A stretch of DNA of 64,000 nucleotides from an uncultured bacterium (GCA_965368975.1 CBDUPA010000018.1:64001-128000); one strand, 5' to 3'; counted from the first letter of the stretch, positions 39,418-49,754 are shown. Translations and numbers: made by a program. The notes: a model not told the origin generated them from the sequence alone.

Positions 39418-40219
39418 CGACCGGTGGTGCCGCGAACAGGGAACGATCGAAGCCATTACCGAAGCGTACGCCAACGCTGATCTCTTCAGTCCAAGTGGCG
39501 TCGGCCGCCAGGGCACCGTCCCAGCCAGCAGCCGGTGCGTAGCGGCGATAGGTGGGCAGCTGCAAGCCATCGATCTCCTCGTAACGCACCTCCATCAGCA
39601 GCGGATTCTCGAGACCGAAGTCGAGCACGGTAAAGAGGAAGCGGTCGATCAGGTGCGTCTCGGGGTGGATGTAGAGCAGGTAAGTGTCCGAGACGTCACC
39701 GACCCCGCTCTTGAAGGTCAGCTTGACCAGGTCGTAGGTGGTGCCATCGTGCTCGCGAGTCCCCTCGTAGCTGTAGAGACAACCCGGGTCGAGTAGCTTG
39801 AACATCATGCTGAACCAGTAGTAGTTGGTCTTGCGCAGGAAGTCCGCCATCTTGGAAGCCTGTGGAGCACCGAGGCGATCACCGCCGAGCGCGATCCAGC
39901 TCGACTCGCCGTCGTAGCCCTGGGTGATCTCCAGCGGGCTGTCCTCGATGAATCCCTCGTGCACCGGGTAGGAGGCCCAGGAGAGTTCCCCGTCGAAGAC
40001 ATAACGCTCGAGCGAGACGTCGAGCTTGCCGTCGGGGCGGCGATAGAGGTAGGTGTATTCGACATCCTGACGGGCATGCAGAGCACCGGCACCGCCAACG
40101 GCATCAACGACCCCAGCGATCAGCGCCTCGGGATCCTTGGCAGCCTCGGCGGGGGCAACAAGAACCACTACGGCGAGCACAGCGATCAGGAGAGAGAGGC
40201 AAGCTGAGCGATAGGTCAC
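39401..40219 (-). CDS. DUF6503-like exported protein
   Basis: Signal peptide; NYYWFSMMFKLLDPG, YDLVKLTF..GVGD..DTYLLY. Confidence 0.7.
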   Translation of the reverse strand: MTYRSACLSLLIAVLAVVVLVAPAEAAKDPEALIAGVVDAVGGAGALHARQDVEYTYLYRRPDGKLDVSLERYVFDGELSWASYPVHEGFIEDSPLEITQGYDGESSWIALGGDRLGAPQASKMADFLRKTNYYWFSMMFKLLDPGCLYSYEGTREHDGTTYDLVKLTFKSGVGDVSDTYLLYIHPETHLIDRFLFTVLDFGLENPLLMEVRYEEIDGLQLPTYRRYAPAAGWDGALAADATWTEEISVGVRFGNGFDRSLFAAPPVGERNH

Positions 40220-40432
40220 GATGGAATACTCCTTCCAGGAAGTTCAACGAGTGCATTGCGACAGGTCTAGAACTGCCGTAGTCCTCGAGCAGCATGCTAT
40301 CGCACGCCCCTCGCTTGGTTGACTACGGGTGTCCCGGGAGCGCCGGATGTGCCCGCATGCATCCCGCGCCAAGAAGCCGCCTCCGGCACCTTCAGCGAGG
40401 CGAGCCCGCTCCGACGAGCTGGCGGTTGGCGG

Positions 40433-43400
40433 CTAACCGTAGCCCAGAGCCCGCAGGCGTGCGCGCTCCTCGGTGCTCATCTGCACCCCGGTATCTGCCT
40501 GGGGAACCGTCCCGACCGGCATCCCATCATTCAGCTTGTCAGCTTCGGCAGCGGCTTGCCAGGCGTCGAGCAGGGCCGTGAGGCGTTCGACGACTTCGGG
40601 GTACTCGGCGGCGACGTTGTGCTGCTCGAGTGGGTCTAGGTCCCTGCGGTAGAGTTGAAACTCGGGTACGCCCTCAGCATTCTGCAGGTAGTGGATCAGG
40701 CGCCACCCTTCGTGCGCAACCGCCAGAGCTCCCAGGTCGTGCGGCGGTGGCGCGGCAGGACTGGGATCCACCGGTTTCTCGCTGATTGCTGGCAGGGACC
40801 GCCAGGGCCTGCCAATGGACGCCGCCAGGGACACGGTCCCGGCCTCGGTCAACCCGCCGGCGGCCGCCAACAACGGAACCGCGCTCCGGCCCTGTACGGC
40901 CTCAGGAACCGGCAGGCCGCTCAACTCCAGCACGGTCGGCAAGACGTCGATCAGTTGTACGGTTTCCGTCACCGTGACGCCCGCCCGCAGCAGCGGCGAA
41001 TAGTGCAGAATCCACGGCACCTGTACCAGCTCCGCGTGCACCCCCTGGCCGTGGAAGCTGCGGCCGTGCTCCAGGAATTCTTCGCCGTGATCGCTGGTCA
41101 GCACCACCAAGGTCGACTCCGCCAGGCCCCACTCGTGCAGGCGCTGCCACAGACGCCGCAACTCCTCATCGAGAGCTCGGATCGAGCCGTCATACCAGGC
41201 TTGACGGTGCTGCAACCAGATCTCGGCGTCGACGTCGGCGGCATCTATCTCTTGCTGCCAGGGCATGACGATGCGCGAACGCATGCGGTGGTCGATGTGC
41301 CCTCGGATCTCCTCACTGGCGGCGGCGTGGGCGTCGAATTCGTCGACCGACGCCCACCGGCGGTCGTAGGGGGCCGCTGGACGGTAGGGACTGTGCGGAT
41401 CGAAGATGTGCAGGAAGGCGAAGAACGGGACTTCGCGATGGGCCTCGATCCACGGCAGCAAGCGGTCGACCTGGTCGCGGGCGGTCTTGCTGAAGTCAGG
41501 GTCGAAGGGAGCTTCGGCCAGCACTTCGTAGCCCTGGTGCAACGCGCTGAGGGTGCCGGTGAAGGGCACCGCTGCCTCACCGTAGGTGGCATAGCCTGCG
41601 GCGCGGTAGACCTCGGCCAGCGTCGTGGCTGCATACGGCAGCTTGTCGTTGAGCGTCAGCACACCCAGGCTGGTCGGGTAGAGACCGGTGAACAGCGAGG
41701 GCGCCGACACTTTGGTCCACGAGGCCTGGGCGACGACGTCGCGGAAGTGGACCCCGCCCGCCGCCAGACGCGTGAGGGTCGGTGCGGTCTCCCGCGGCGA
41801 GCCGTAGAGTTCCAGGTGGTCTGGACGCAAGGTGTCGATCAGCACGAAGACGACACCCCGCGGTGGTTCCACGCGCTCGGAAGCGCTGCCTGCTCTGGCA
41901 GCCAGATTCGGACTCTCAGGAAGCCGTCGACGCACCACGGGCGCTCCCCACAAACCTGCCGTCCCGGGCTCCTCCGCGATCAGCTCCAGACGCAGCTCGA
42001 CGCGTTCGCCCGCCCAAGGCGCCAGGTCCAGCTGCCACGGGTGCCAGCGCTCGCGACGCGTGACCGTTCGCTCAGCGAGCAGCTGAAAGCTCGGCTTCCC
42101 GTCCTCGGGCACCTCCAACCGGTGCAGACTCAGCCGGAAGGTGACGGGAGACTCGTCGAGGGTACCGACTGCGACCTCGAACCCTGCCCGCGAGGGCAAG
42201 GTCAGCGGCCAGGTCACGACCTCCGGCGCGCGAGTCACCAGCGTCTCGCGGTAGATTCCCTCCAAGCTGCGCCAGACGACGCCGGACTTGGCGCTTTCGT
42301 CTGTGGCGCTTGCGTCTGAGCCAGTGGGTTCCTCTTGCGCGACAGAGCGGGTGCTCGACCAGGCGAGTTGGTAGACGTCGATCAACCGCTGGCTGCTCGC
42401 CGACTCGTCGATTCCACGGTGTCGGGGTGCATCCTGCCGGCAACCTGCGCCGGCAACGCTGGCCAGCAGGGTCAGCCAGAGCAGCCAGGACCGCAACTTG
42501 GGCGGCGGCACTGTAGGCAGGACTGGGGACGGCACTGGGGTCGGCGCTGGGGGCGACCCGGTCGCAGCCGCCAACTCGGGTTCCTGGGCGCTCCCGGTTG
42601 GTTCTGAGACAGGGTGCTGGTCGATACGCTCGAGCACCGTACCGACGCGCTCCGTGCGGCGCCCGGCCTCGGCCAGTTGCTTGTGGGCGTTGTCCAGATG
42701 ATGCGACAGCTTGCGGAAGGTGTCCTGCAGTTGCCCGACTTCTTGACGCAGACGCGCCAGATCGTCGAGCACGCGCTGTGCCGAGCGTTCCAGGCGCAGA
42801 CCGCGCAGACCGAAGAGCACGGTCTGCAAGTAGGCGTAGAAACCGCCTGGCGACACCGGTACGACGCGCTTGTGCAGGGCGTGCCGTAGGAGCTGCGAGC
42901 CCTCGTCGAGGAAGGCCGCATGGTAGACACCCTCGGCCGCCACGTACATGAGCGCGAAGTCGAACGTTCCCTCGTCCGGCCGAACGTAGCGCTCGGCGAT
43001 GGCATCGATGTGCTGGCGCACGTCGCGCTCGAACTGACGTTGTGCCGACGCCCGTTCGCGTGCTTCCTCGGCCTCACTGGCGCGGCGGAAGTTGTCGAGC
43101 GGAAACTTGGCGTCCACCGGCACAAGTCCGGTGCGCAGCCTGACGACAGCGTCGACGATGACGCCGTCGCGGAAGCGGTACTGGAATGTGTAGGCATCCA
43201 CCGGCAGGATGCCGGCCAACAGCTCCTCGAGCACCAACTCACCGAGGCGTCCGCGCGCCTTGGGAGCGCGCAGCAGGCGTTGCAACCGATCCACTTCCTG
43301 ACCCACCTGCAGAATACTGCGCGCCGACTCGTCCAGGCGCCCGAGCTGCTCGCCCAGCTGATGGAACATCCGGCCAGTCCCATCGAGTCGCTGGTCAAGA

Positions 43401-43639
43401 GTCTGGCGGGTACTGCCGAGGGTCTGCAACATCTGGCCGTGCCCCTGTTGCAGCGCCGCGCGCAAGGCCTCCATCTGCGCCTGTCCCTGCCCCGCCAGCG
43501 CCTCGACCTGCCGCTGCAACAACAACAAGGCAGTATCGTCGACCACGGGGCGCCGCCGCAATACCAGCGTCCACCCCACCACCGCGATCAGGACCGCGAC
43601 GACCGCCAGCCAGAAGACGGGGTCAGCTAGCACGCTCAA
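40433..43639 (-). CDS. RmuC-family protein fused in frame to a sulfatase-like (alkaline phosphatase superfamily) domain
   Basis: RmuC motifs RGRLGELVLE, PVDAKFPL, TFDFALMY. Then a Pro-rich linker and a second hydrophobic segment, followed by IDTLRPDHL, HIFDPHSPY and TSDHGEEF. Confidence 0.8.
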   Translation of the reverse strand: MSVLADPVFWLAVVAVLIAVVGWTLVLRRRPVVDDTALLLLQRQVEALAGQGQAQMEALRAALQQGHGQMLQTLGSTRQTLDQRLDGTGRMFHQLGEQLGRLDESARSILQVGQEVDRLQRLLRAPKARGRLGELVLEELLAGILPVDAYTFQYRFRDGVIVDAVVRLRTGLVPVDAKFPLDNFRRASEAEEARERASAQRQFERDVRQHIDAIAERYVRPDEGTFDFALMYVAAEGVYHAAFLDEGSQLLRHALHKRVVPVSPGGFYAYLQTVLFGLRGLRLERSAQRVLDDLARLRQEVGQLQDTFRKLSHHLDNAHKQLAEAGRRTERVGTVLERIDQHPVSEPTGSAQEPELAAATGSPPAPTPVPSPVLPTVPPPKLRSWLLWLTLLASVAGAGCRQDAPRHRGIDESASSQRLIDVYQLAWSSTRSVAQEEPTGSDASATDESAKSGVVWRSLEGIYRETLVTRAPEVVTWPLTLPSRAGFEVAVGTLDESPVTFRLSLHRLEVPEDGKPSFQLLAERTVTRRERWHPWQLDLAPWAGERVELRLELIAEEPGTAGLWGAPVVRRRLPESPNLAARAGSASERVEPPRGVVFVLIDTLRPDHLELYGSPRETAPTLTRLAAGGVHFRDVVAQASWTKVSAPSLFTGLYPTSLGVLTLNDKLPYAATTLAEVYRAAGYATYGEAAVPFTGTLSALHQGYEVLAEAPFDPDFSKTARDQVDRLLPWIEAHREVPFFAFLHIFDPHSPYRPAAPYDRRWASVDEFDAHAAASEEIRGHIDHRMRSRIVMPWQQEIDAADVDAEIWLQHRQAWYDGSIRALDEELRRLWQRLHEWGLAESTLVVLTSDHGEEFLEHGRSFHGQGVHAELVQVPWILHYSPLLRAGVTVTETVQLIDVLPTVLELSGLPVPEAVQGRSAVPLLAAAGGLTEAGTVSLAASIGRPWRSLPAISEKPVDPSPAAPPPHDLGALAVAHEGWRLIHYLQNAEGVPEFQLYRRDLDPLEQHNVAAEYPEVVERLTALLDAWQAAAEADKLNDGMPVGTVPQADTGVQMSTEERARLRALGYG

Positions 43640-43668
43640 GGATCGGGTAGCCTCCGGGTCGGGCGGGC

Positions 43669-44937
43669 TCAGGAAGTTCGTAGCAGGTCACGCAACCAGC
43701 GCAGCGGCGCGGTCAGCGCGCGGCCGAGCTGGAAGCTAGCACTGGCCTCGACGCCTTGGAGCACCTCGCGCACCCGGCGAGCCGTCTGCTGCCACTGTTG
43801 CTTCTGGCGTCGCTCGTCGTCGCGTTCCGAAAGGGCCAGCAGCTTGCGCCGGCGCTCGTCCTCGGCTTGCTGCCGCACTTCCTGCAGCGAGGCACCGAGG
43901 TTGTGGATCTGCTCGACCAGGGCGTCGCGGTCGCGCTGCCGGCGCAGCTCTTCGGTCGAGAACAAGACCGGCAACACTAGCCCGAGGTCCGTAGTCTCGT
44001 CCTCGATCTCGCGATCCTCGGCCTGCAGGTCGGGCAGAGCCAACTCGGCGTAAATGCCTTCCAGAGCCAGGTCCATCACCGCCGGCGTCGCGTCGGCGCC
44101 CAGTTCGCCGATCATGCGCCGATAGTACTCGGGCAGCACGATCAGGTTGCGATCACGTTCCAGGCGCAGGTTGAGCAACAGCAGACCAGCCGCCCGCGCT
44201 GCCTCCAGAAAGTCGGCCAACCGCATGCGGTTGAGGGAAATCTCACGGTGCAGGTAGCTGTCCAGGTCGTGCTTGTGCAGGCAATGGTCCGCAGGCAGCT
44301 GGTGATCCAGCAGGCGCTGGCGCATCGCCGTCTCGTCTCCCCACAAGTGCTCCCACGGTTCCAGCGGCAGGTGCGACCCAGTCGAGGAGTAGTACAGCGG
44401 GTCGGTGAAGATCGCCAGGCGTCCACGGTCCGGCTCCAGGAGCTGCGCGCAGGCCTGGAAGGCATCTTCCAGGCGCGGCAGATGCTCGAAGACATTGTTC
44501 GACAACAAGAGATCGAAGCGCCGACCGAGACTCGGGGCATCTTCGATCGGCATCTGGCGCATCTCAAACGGGATGTCCGGATCGACGCCAGCGTGGACCA
44601 CCGCCCGCTGCAAGGCTCCGGGGTCCTGCGCCAGGATGTCGATCCCCAGCACCTCCTTGGCACCGTTGCGCAGACACCACAACATCTCAGTGCCAGCACC
44701 CGCCCCCAGCACCAACACCGATTTCCCAGCCGGGTCGGCGATGTGGCGAAGAAAATGGTCGCAGTGGCGCTGCGCTTGCAGGATGAAGCGCAGGCGCTGC
44801 TCCTCGCCATGCTCGTCGGGTCGGATGTTGCGCTTGCCGCTCAGCAGGCTCGAAGGCTGGCGTGGTCCCTTGCTGGCGCGAGACCCGGGGGCCTCCCGGT
44901 CTTCCAGCTTGGGTGACGGCACGATCTCCACTCGCAT
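43669..44937 (-). CDS. Class I SAM-dependent methyltransferase with C-terminal coiled coil
   Basis: VLVLGAGAG, FDLLLSNNVFEHL; coiled coil; amphipathic tail SFQLGRALTAPLRWL. Confidence 0.8.
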   Translation of the reverse strand: MRVEIVPSPKLEDREAPGSRASKGPRQPSSLLSGKRNIRPDEHGEEQRLRFILQAQRHCDHFLRHIADPAGKSVLVLGAGAGTEMLWCLRNGAKEVLGIDILAQDPGALQRAVVHAGVDPDIPFEMRQMPIEDAPSLGRRFDLLLSNNVFEHLPRLEDAFQACAQLLEPDRGRLAIFTDPLYYSSTGSHLPLEPWEHLWGDETAMRQRLLDHQLPADHCLHKHDLDSYLHREISLNRMRLADFLEAARAAGLLLLNLRLERDRNLIVLPEYYRRMIGELGADATPAVMDLALEGIYAELALPDLQAEDREIEDETTDLGLVLPVLFSTEELRRQRDRDALVEQIHNLGASLQEVRQQAEDERRRKLLALSERDDERRQKQQWQQTARRVREVLQGVEASASFQLGRALTAPLRWLRDLLRTS

Positions 44938-45136
44938 GGTGGCTCCTTGGCGGCAGACGATGGGGTCCGGGAACAGGTAGCGTGGTGGGGGGTGACACCG
45001 GGGGCCTGTGCTACGCTACAGCGCAGACGTCCACCAGCGTATCACGCCTATACACTTGGCTCGTCTAATCTTCCTGCCTCTCAACTCTGAGTCGCCCCGC
45101 CAGCATCGAACCGCCTCGACCATCGGACCAGCAACC

Positions 45137-47149
45137 ATGATTCTAGCCGCGGCCACTCTTCCGTTTCTCGACGACTTCGTGGTCATCTTCGGCGCCGCGC
45201 TGCTGGTCATCGCCGCCAGCCACCGCCTGAAGCTACCACCGCTGGTCGGCTTCTTGATCACTGGCATGCTGGTAGGCCCCAGCGGCCTGGCCTTGGTGTC
45301 GCAGCCTGAGCACGTCGAGACGTTGGCAGAACTCGGCGTCGTCTTTCTCCTGTTCACCATCGGGCTCGAGATCTCGATCGACCGCCTGCGCAAGCTGGGC
45401 CGCTCGATCCTCACTGGCGGCGGCATCCAGGTCGGCCTGACCGCACTCGCCGGCACCGGTACCGCCCTGCTGCTGGGCGCGGCCCCGGCGGCGGCCGTGT
45501 TCGCCGGCTTCGTGGTCGCACTCTCGAGCACCGCGATCGTCCTCAAGCTGTACCAGGAACGACGCGAACTCGAAGCTCCAAACGGACGCACCGCGCTGGG
45601 CATCCTGCTGTTCCAGGACTTCCTGGTCGTGCCCCTGCTGCTGGTGGTTCCCATCCTGGCCGGTCGTGGCGGCGGACTCGGCGCCCTGGTGCTGCGCTTC
45701 GGCGGCGGCCTCCTGCTGGTGGCCCTGGCGTTCGTGCTTGGTCGCTACCTGCTACCCGTGGTCCTGGGCGGCATCGTGCGTACCCGGGTGCGAGAGCTGT
45801 TCGTCATTGGTTCACTGTTCGCCTGCCTCGGCTCCGCCTGGCTGATGGAGGCCCTCGGCTTCTCGTTGGCACTGGGCGCCTTCCTGGCTGGCATCCTGAT
45901 CGCCGAATCCGACTATCATCACCAGGCGCTGGCCGAGATCGCACCGTTCCGCGACGTCTTCAACAGCCTGTTCTTCATCTCGGTGGGCATGCTGCTCCAT
46001 CTCGGCACCGTCGCCGAGCACTTGACGACCGTGCTGCTCCTCACCGCCGCCGTCCTCGCCGTCAAGATCCCGGCCGTCGCCTTGGCGGCACGCGGTCTCG
46101 GCTTCCCGTTGCGGGTCGGCCTGATCGCCGGCCTCGGCCTGGCACAGATCGGCGAGTTCTCGCTGGTGTTGCTGAAGGCCGGCCACCGCGACGAGTTGGT
46201 GCCGACGACCTGGTACCAGATCGCCATCGCTACCTCCGTCCTGACCATGCTGCTGACGCCGCTGTGGATCGCGCTGGCACCCCGCATCGCGACCCGCGTC
46301 ACGACGTGGCTGGGCGACCGATCGGCAAGCTCCGGCGGCACTACCCTGGACAGCGAGGAGGGAGGGGAAGCTCGGCGCCGCGACCATGTGATCGTCGCCG
46401 GCCTCGGCCTCAACGGCCGCAACTTGATGCGCGTGCTGCGCCAGGGCAACATCCCGCATCTCGGCGTCGACCTCAGCGCCAATGCAATTCGCAAGGCCAC
46501 GGAACGCGGCGACAAGGTGATCTACGGCGACATCACGCGGCGCGACATCCAGGAGGGCTGCGGCATGGCCGAGGCACGCATCGCGGTGTTTGTGCTCTCC
46601 GACCCGATCGCCCTGCGGCAAGCTCTGCCGCTAGCCCGTCAACTCAACCCCAACCTGTATATTCTGGCGCGTACCCGCCAGCTGTCCGAGATCGAAGAAC
46701 TCCAGAAGTGCGGAGCCGACGAAGTCGTGGCCGAGGAGTTCGAGACCTCGATCGAACTGGTCACTCACGTGCTCGGCCGCCTGCATCTGCCCGGCAACGT
46801 GATCCGCGCGCAGGCGCGGCTGCTGCGCGAGGATGGCTACCAGATGCTGCGCTCCCCCACCACCAGCGGCCTCTCCGAGCGTATGGTGCGGGCGCTGGCG
46901 TCAGGAACGACCGACACCTTCCAGCTCTTGCCCGAGCACGCTGCCTGCGGCCAGAGCCTGCGCCAGCTCGACCTACGCAAGCGCTCCGGCGCCTCGGTGC
47001 TGGCGGTGGTGCGCAACGACAAGCCACACAGCAATCCGGACGCCAAGCTGATCCTCGCAGCCGACGACACGCTCGTACTGATGGGTAGCCACGCGGAGAT
47101 CGAGGCAGCGTTCGCACAGTTACAGAAGCGCAAGACCCAGACCACCTGA
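45137..47149 (+). CDS. CPA2/Kef-type cation:proton antiporter with TrkA-N and TrkA-C domains
   Basis: LFTIGLE, LSSTAIV, LLFQD, QIGEFS; HVIVAGLGLNG; RCK-C domain. Confidence 0.92.
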   Translation: MILAAATLPFLDDFVVIFGAALLVIAASHRLKLPPLVGFLITGMLVGPSGLALVSQPEHVETLAELGVVFLLFTIGLEISIDRLRKLGRSILTGGGIQVGLTALAGTGTALLLGAAPAAAVFAGFVVALSSTAIVLKLYQERRELEAPNGRTALGILLFQDFLVVPLLLVVPILAGRGGGLGALVLRFGGGLLLVALAFVLGRYLLPVVLGGIVRTRVRELFVIGSLFACLGSAWLMEALGFSLALGAFLAGILIAESDYHHQALAEIAPFRDVFNSLFFISVGMLLHLGTVAEHLTTVLLLTAAVLAVKIPAVALAARGLGFPLRVGLIAGLGLAQIGEFSLVLLKAGHRDELVPTTWYQIAIATSVLTMLLTPLWIALAPRIATRVTTWLGDRSASSGGTTLDSEEGGEARRRDHVIVAGLGLNGRNLMRVLRQGNIPHLGVDLSANAIRKATERGDKVIYGDITRRDIQEGCGMAEARIAVFVLSDPIALRQALPLARQLNPNLYILARTRQLSEIEELQKCGADEVVAEEFETSIELVTHVLGRLHLPGNVIRAQARLLREDGYQMLRSPTTSGLSERMVRALASGTTDTFQLLPEHAACGQSLRQLDLRKRSGASVLAVVRNDKPHSNPDAKLILAADDTLVLMGSHAEIEAAFAQLQKRKTQTT

Positions 47150-47282
47150 GGGGCGTTCTTTGACGCTGTGCCGAAGAATCTGGTAGAAAGCTGCTCTACC
47201 CGTCGCGGCTCCCGAGACCCACCCGCCGCGGCCTGATCCGAGCATTCGACGAAATCCAACTCCATCCAAGGAAGGAAAAGGC

Positions 47283-47912
47283 ATGAACCGTTTCTTCGCT
47301 GTCGTGTTGAGCTTCCTTGTGCTCATCCCGGCTGCCCTTGCGGCCCAGACGCCCGAAACCCAAGCAGGCGAACAGGAGGCTCACGTGTCCGACCCCAACA
47401 AGCTCTACACGATCATCCATACCGAGCGCGGCACCATCAAGCTCGAGATGTTCCCCGAAGGTGCGCCCCTGACCGTGGCCAACTTCGTCAACCTGGCCGA
47501 CCGTGGCTACTACGATGGCATCCGCTTCCACCGCGTGGTCGCCAACTTCGTCATCCAGGGCGGTGATCCGACCGGCAGTGGCTCCGGGGGCCCTGGCTAC
47601 CGCTTCGGCGACGAGTTCGATCCGACCCTACGCCACGACAAGCCGGGCATCCTGTCCATGGCCAACGCCGGTCCGGGCACCAACGGTAGCCAGTTCTTCG
47701 TCACCCACACAGCTACCCCGCACCTGGACGACCGTCACTCGGTGTTCGGCGTCGTCGTCGAGGGCATGGATGTGGTCAACGCCATCCGCCAGGGCGACAC
47801 GATGACCAAGGTCGAGGTCGAGGGCGACTGGTCAGCCCTACGCGAGCAAGTCAAGGATCAGCTGGCCGAGTGGAACGCCATCCTCGACAAGGAGCACCCG
47901 CGCAAGCGCTGA
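47283..47912 (+). CDS. Cyclophilin-type peptidyl-prolyl isomerase
   Basis: FHRVVANFVIQGGDP, LSMANAGPGTNGSQFF, HSVFG. Confidence 0.95.
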   Translation: MNRFFAVVLSFLVLIPAALAAQTPETQAGEQEAHVSDPNKLYTIIHTERGTIKLEMFPEGAPLTVANFVNLADRGYYDGIRFHRVVANFVIQGGDPTGSGSGGPGYRFGDEFDPTLRHDKPGILSMANAGPGTNGSQFFVTHTATPHLDDRHSVFGVVVEGMDVVNAIRQGDTMTKVEVEGDWSALREQVKDQLAEWNAILDKEHPRKR

Positions 47913-47942
47913 GGTGTTTCGGGCCTTTGGCCCTGCTGATAT

Positions 47943-47979
47943 CAAGAACGCCGGAGCCTCACCCGCTCCGGCGTTCTTG
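47943..47979. terminator. Hairpin between convergent genes (likely bidirectional terminator)
   Basis: Perfect 15-bp stem CAAGAACGCCGGAGC/GCTCCGGCGTTCTTG. Confidence 0.65.
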
Positions 47980-47983
47980 TATT

Positions 47984-49114
47984 TCAGCGAGGCTCGGCAT
48001 CCGGGCCGTAGAAGTAGCCCTGGCGCCCCTGGACGTCGAGACCGGGATCGGCCATCTCGACCTTGACGCGTTGGTAGCCGCGCTGCCCCGCCGGCTGGCG
48101 GCTACGGAAACTGACCAGATAGTAGCCATGCAGCTGCTGTGTCACGCGGCGCAACGGCTTGTGGAAGTGATCGATGTGGTGGTAATAGCGGCCGCCGGTG
48201 TCCGCCGCCAGTTCGTGCAGCACCGGTGCCAGCATGTGGTTGGCTCGCGGCGGCGTCAGGTCCATGGTGTAGACCGCGATGTCGGCGCCGTTGAGCGTCG
48301 CGACCAGCGGCGCGTCGTCGCCGTTGCCACCCCACAGCGGCATCTCCCCGCCGCCCAGGCCTGTACCGATACTGAAGAACAACAGTCGCTTGCGTCCCGG
48401 TACCTCGGCGGCAGCGCGGCCGATCACTTGCAGCGCGTCGTACGTGGTCGGCGTGGCATCGACGATCGCCTCACCCAACGGCATGTGCCGCGCCAGCGAC
48501 GGCCCATCCGCCTTGATCCGCGATGGCCAGATACGCCCCGGGTCCTTGCGCTGCACCGCACGGTCGATGGCATCGACGACCGTGCGGCGGTCGTTGCTGA
48601 AGTCGAGATAGAGCTTGAGGCTGAAGTCGTAGCGTAGTACCGCCACGAAGTCGTCCGGCCCCAACTCCTCGCGGACCCACTCCTTGGCCCCCTGCGCCGC
48701 GCGCATCTGCTGACTCAGCACGCCGCGGGTCTCACGGTCGGTCTTGCGGATGTCGTGAAAGAAGACAATGAAGTAGCGCCTCTGCGCTTCGGCTTCGACG
48801 TCGATACCCTGCGCCCGCAAGCGCTCCAGCTCCGCCGGGTCGCCACCAAAGGGCCGGTAACTCTCATAGGCAACCGAAGTCACCTCGACCGGTTCGCCGT
48901 CCTCGGTGATCTCGAAGTCTTCCGGCTGGAGACCGAGAATCGGATGGCCGTCGCGGTCGGTGACCTCGAGCTGCAACAAGACCTCGACAACGTCGAGTTC
49001 CTCGCCGAAAGTCTCGGCCGGCTCCTGCGCGGTCGCTGACGACAAGGCCAGCGTCCAAACCAGCACCAGCGCGCTCGAGGCCATCCACCGAATCCGCACA
49101 CTCTTGGTTTTCAT
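47984..49114 (-). CDS. VWA domain protein (acidobacterial VWFA-related type)
   Basis: VTDRDGHPILGLQPEDFEITEDG, GRKRLLFFS, LAADTGG, YYLVSF, RQGY. Confidence 0.85.
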   Translation of the reverse strand: MKTKSVRIRWMASSALVLVWTLALSSATAQEPAETFGEELDVVEVLLQLEVTDRDGHPILGLQPEDFEITEDGEPVEVTSVAYESYRPFGGDPAELERLRAQGIDVEAEAQRRYFIVFFHDIRKTDRETRGVLSQQMRAAQGAKEWVREELGPDDFVAVLRYDFSLKLYLDFSNDRRTVVDAIDRAVQRKDPGRIWPSRIKADGPSLARHMPLGEAIVDATPTTYDALQVIGRAAAEVPGRKRLLFFSIGTGLGGGEMPLWGGNGDDAPLVATLNGADIAVYTMDLTPPRANHMLAPVLHELAADTGGRYYHHIDHFHKPLRRVTQQLHGYYLVSFRSRQPAGQRGYQRVKVEMADPGLDVQGRQGYFYGPDAEPR

Positions 49115-49233
49115 CGTCCGTGATAACCCCTGGGCGCTTGGAGAGAATTCCTTGCACGCGCTACCAAAGTACAGTCACAATTGGCATCAGGTCGACAGAA
49201 GCCAACTTTGTTATCCTACGGTTGGAGGTCGTC

Positions 49234-49464
49234 ATGTCACTGAGCGTAGAACAACTCGAAGAGGAAGCCCTCAAGCTCGATGCCAAGCAACGTGGGATCC
49301 TCGCGACACGGTTGCTGCAGAGTCTGGCGGCAGCTTCTGCCGAAGAAATCGAGGCCGCCTGGGCTCAGGAGTCCCTGAGACGGATTGCTGAGCTGGACTC
49401 TGGGCACGTACAAGCTGAACCCATCGAAGTCGTGTTCGACGAAGCCCGAGCCCAGTTGCGGTGA
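49234..49464 (+). CDS. Addiction module antitoxin
   Basis: ALKL...LA.RLLQSL...IEAAW..ES.RR..EL.SG pattern; GTGA overlap with the toxin. Confidence 0.8.
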   Translation: MSLSVEQLEEEALKLDAKQRGILATRLLQSLAAASAEEIEAAWAQESLRRIAELDSGHVQAEPIEVVFDEARAQLR

Positions 49465-49754
49465 TACCGGCGCGTATGCATCCTGCCGCCAAGCAGGAAT
49501 TGATCGATGCCAGCCAATACTACCAAGAACAAGTCGACGGACTGGGACATTCGTTCCTAGATGCGGCGCTCGAAGCCGTTGATCGCATCCGCGCGTTCCC
49601 TCAACTAGCAGAGGAGATTCGGCCAGGAGTGCGGCGTCTTCCTTTGCAGCGCTTCCCCTATTCTCTCCACTACCGAGTCCTCGCCAACAGCGTCGAGATC
49701 GTTTCGGTCGCCCACCAGAAACGCAAACCTGGGTATTGGTCCGATCGACTCTAG
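49461..49754 (+). CDS. RelE/ParE-family toxin
   Basis: HPAAKQEL..A..YY, RRLPLQRFPYSLHYR, VAHQKRKPGYW. Confidence 0.88.
   Translation: MIPARMHPAAKQELIDASQYYQEQVDGLGHSFLDAALEAVDRIRAFPQLAEEIRPGVRRLPLQRFPYSLHYRVLANSVEIVSVAHQKRKPGYWSDRL

Noticed and set aside
40655-42319. 554-aa plus-strand ORF (likewise 30432..31844, 54258..55676 and minus-strand 24978..26336)
   Set aside because: Each is antisense to clearly identified genes and has no motifs; shadow ORFs.
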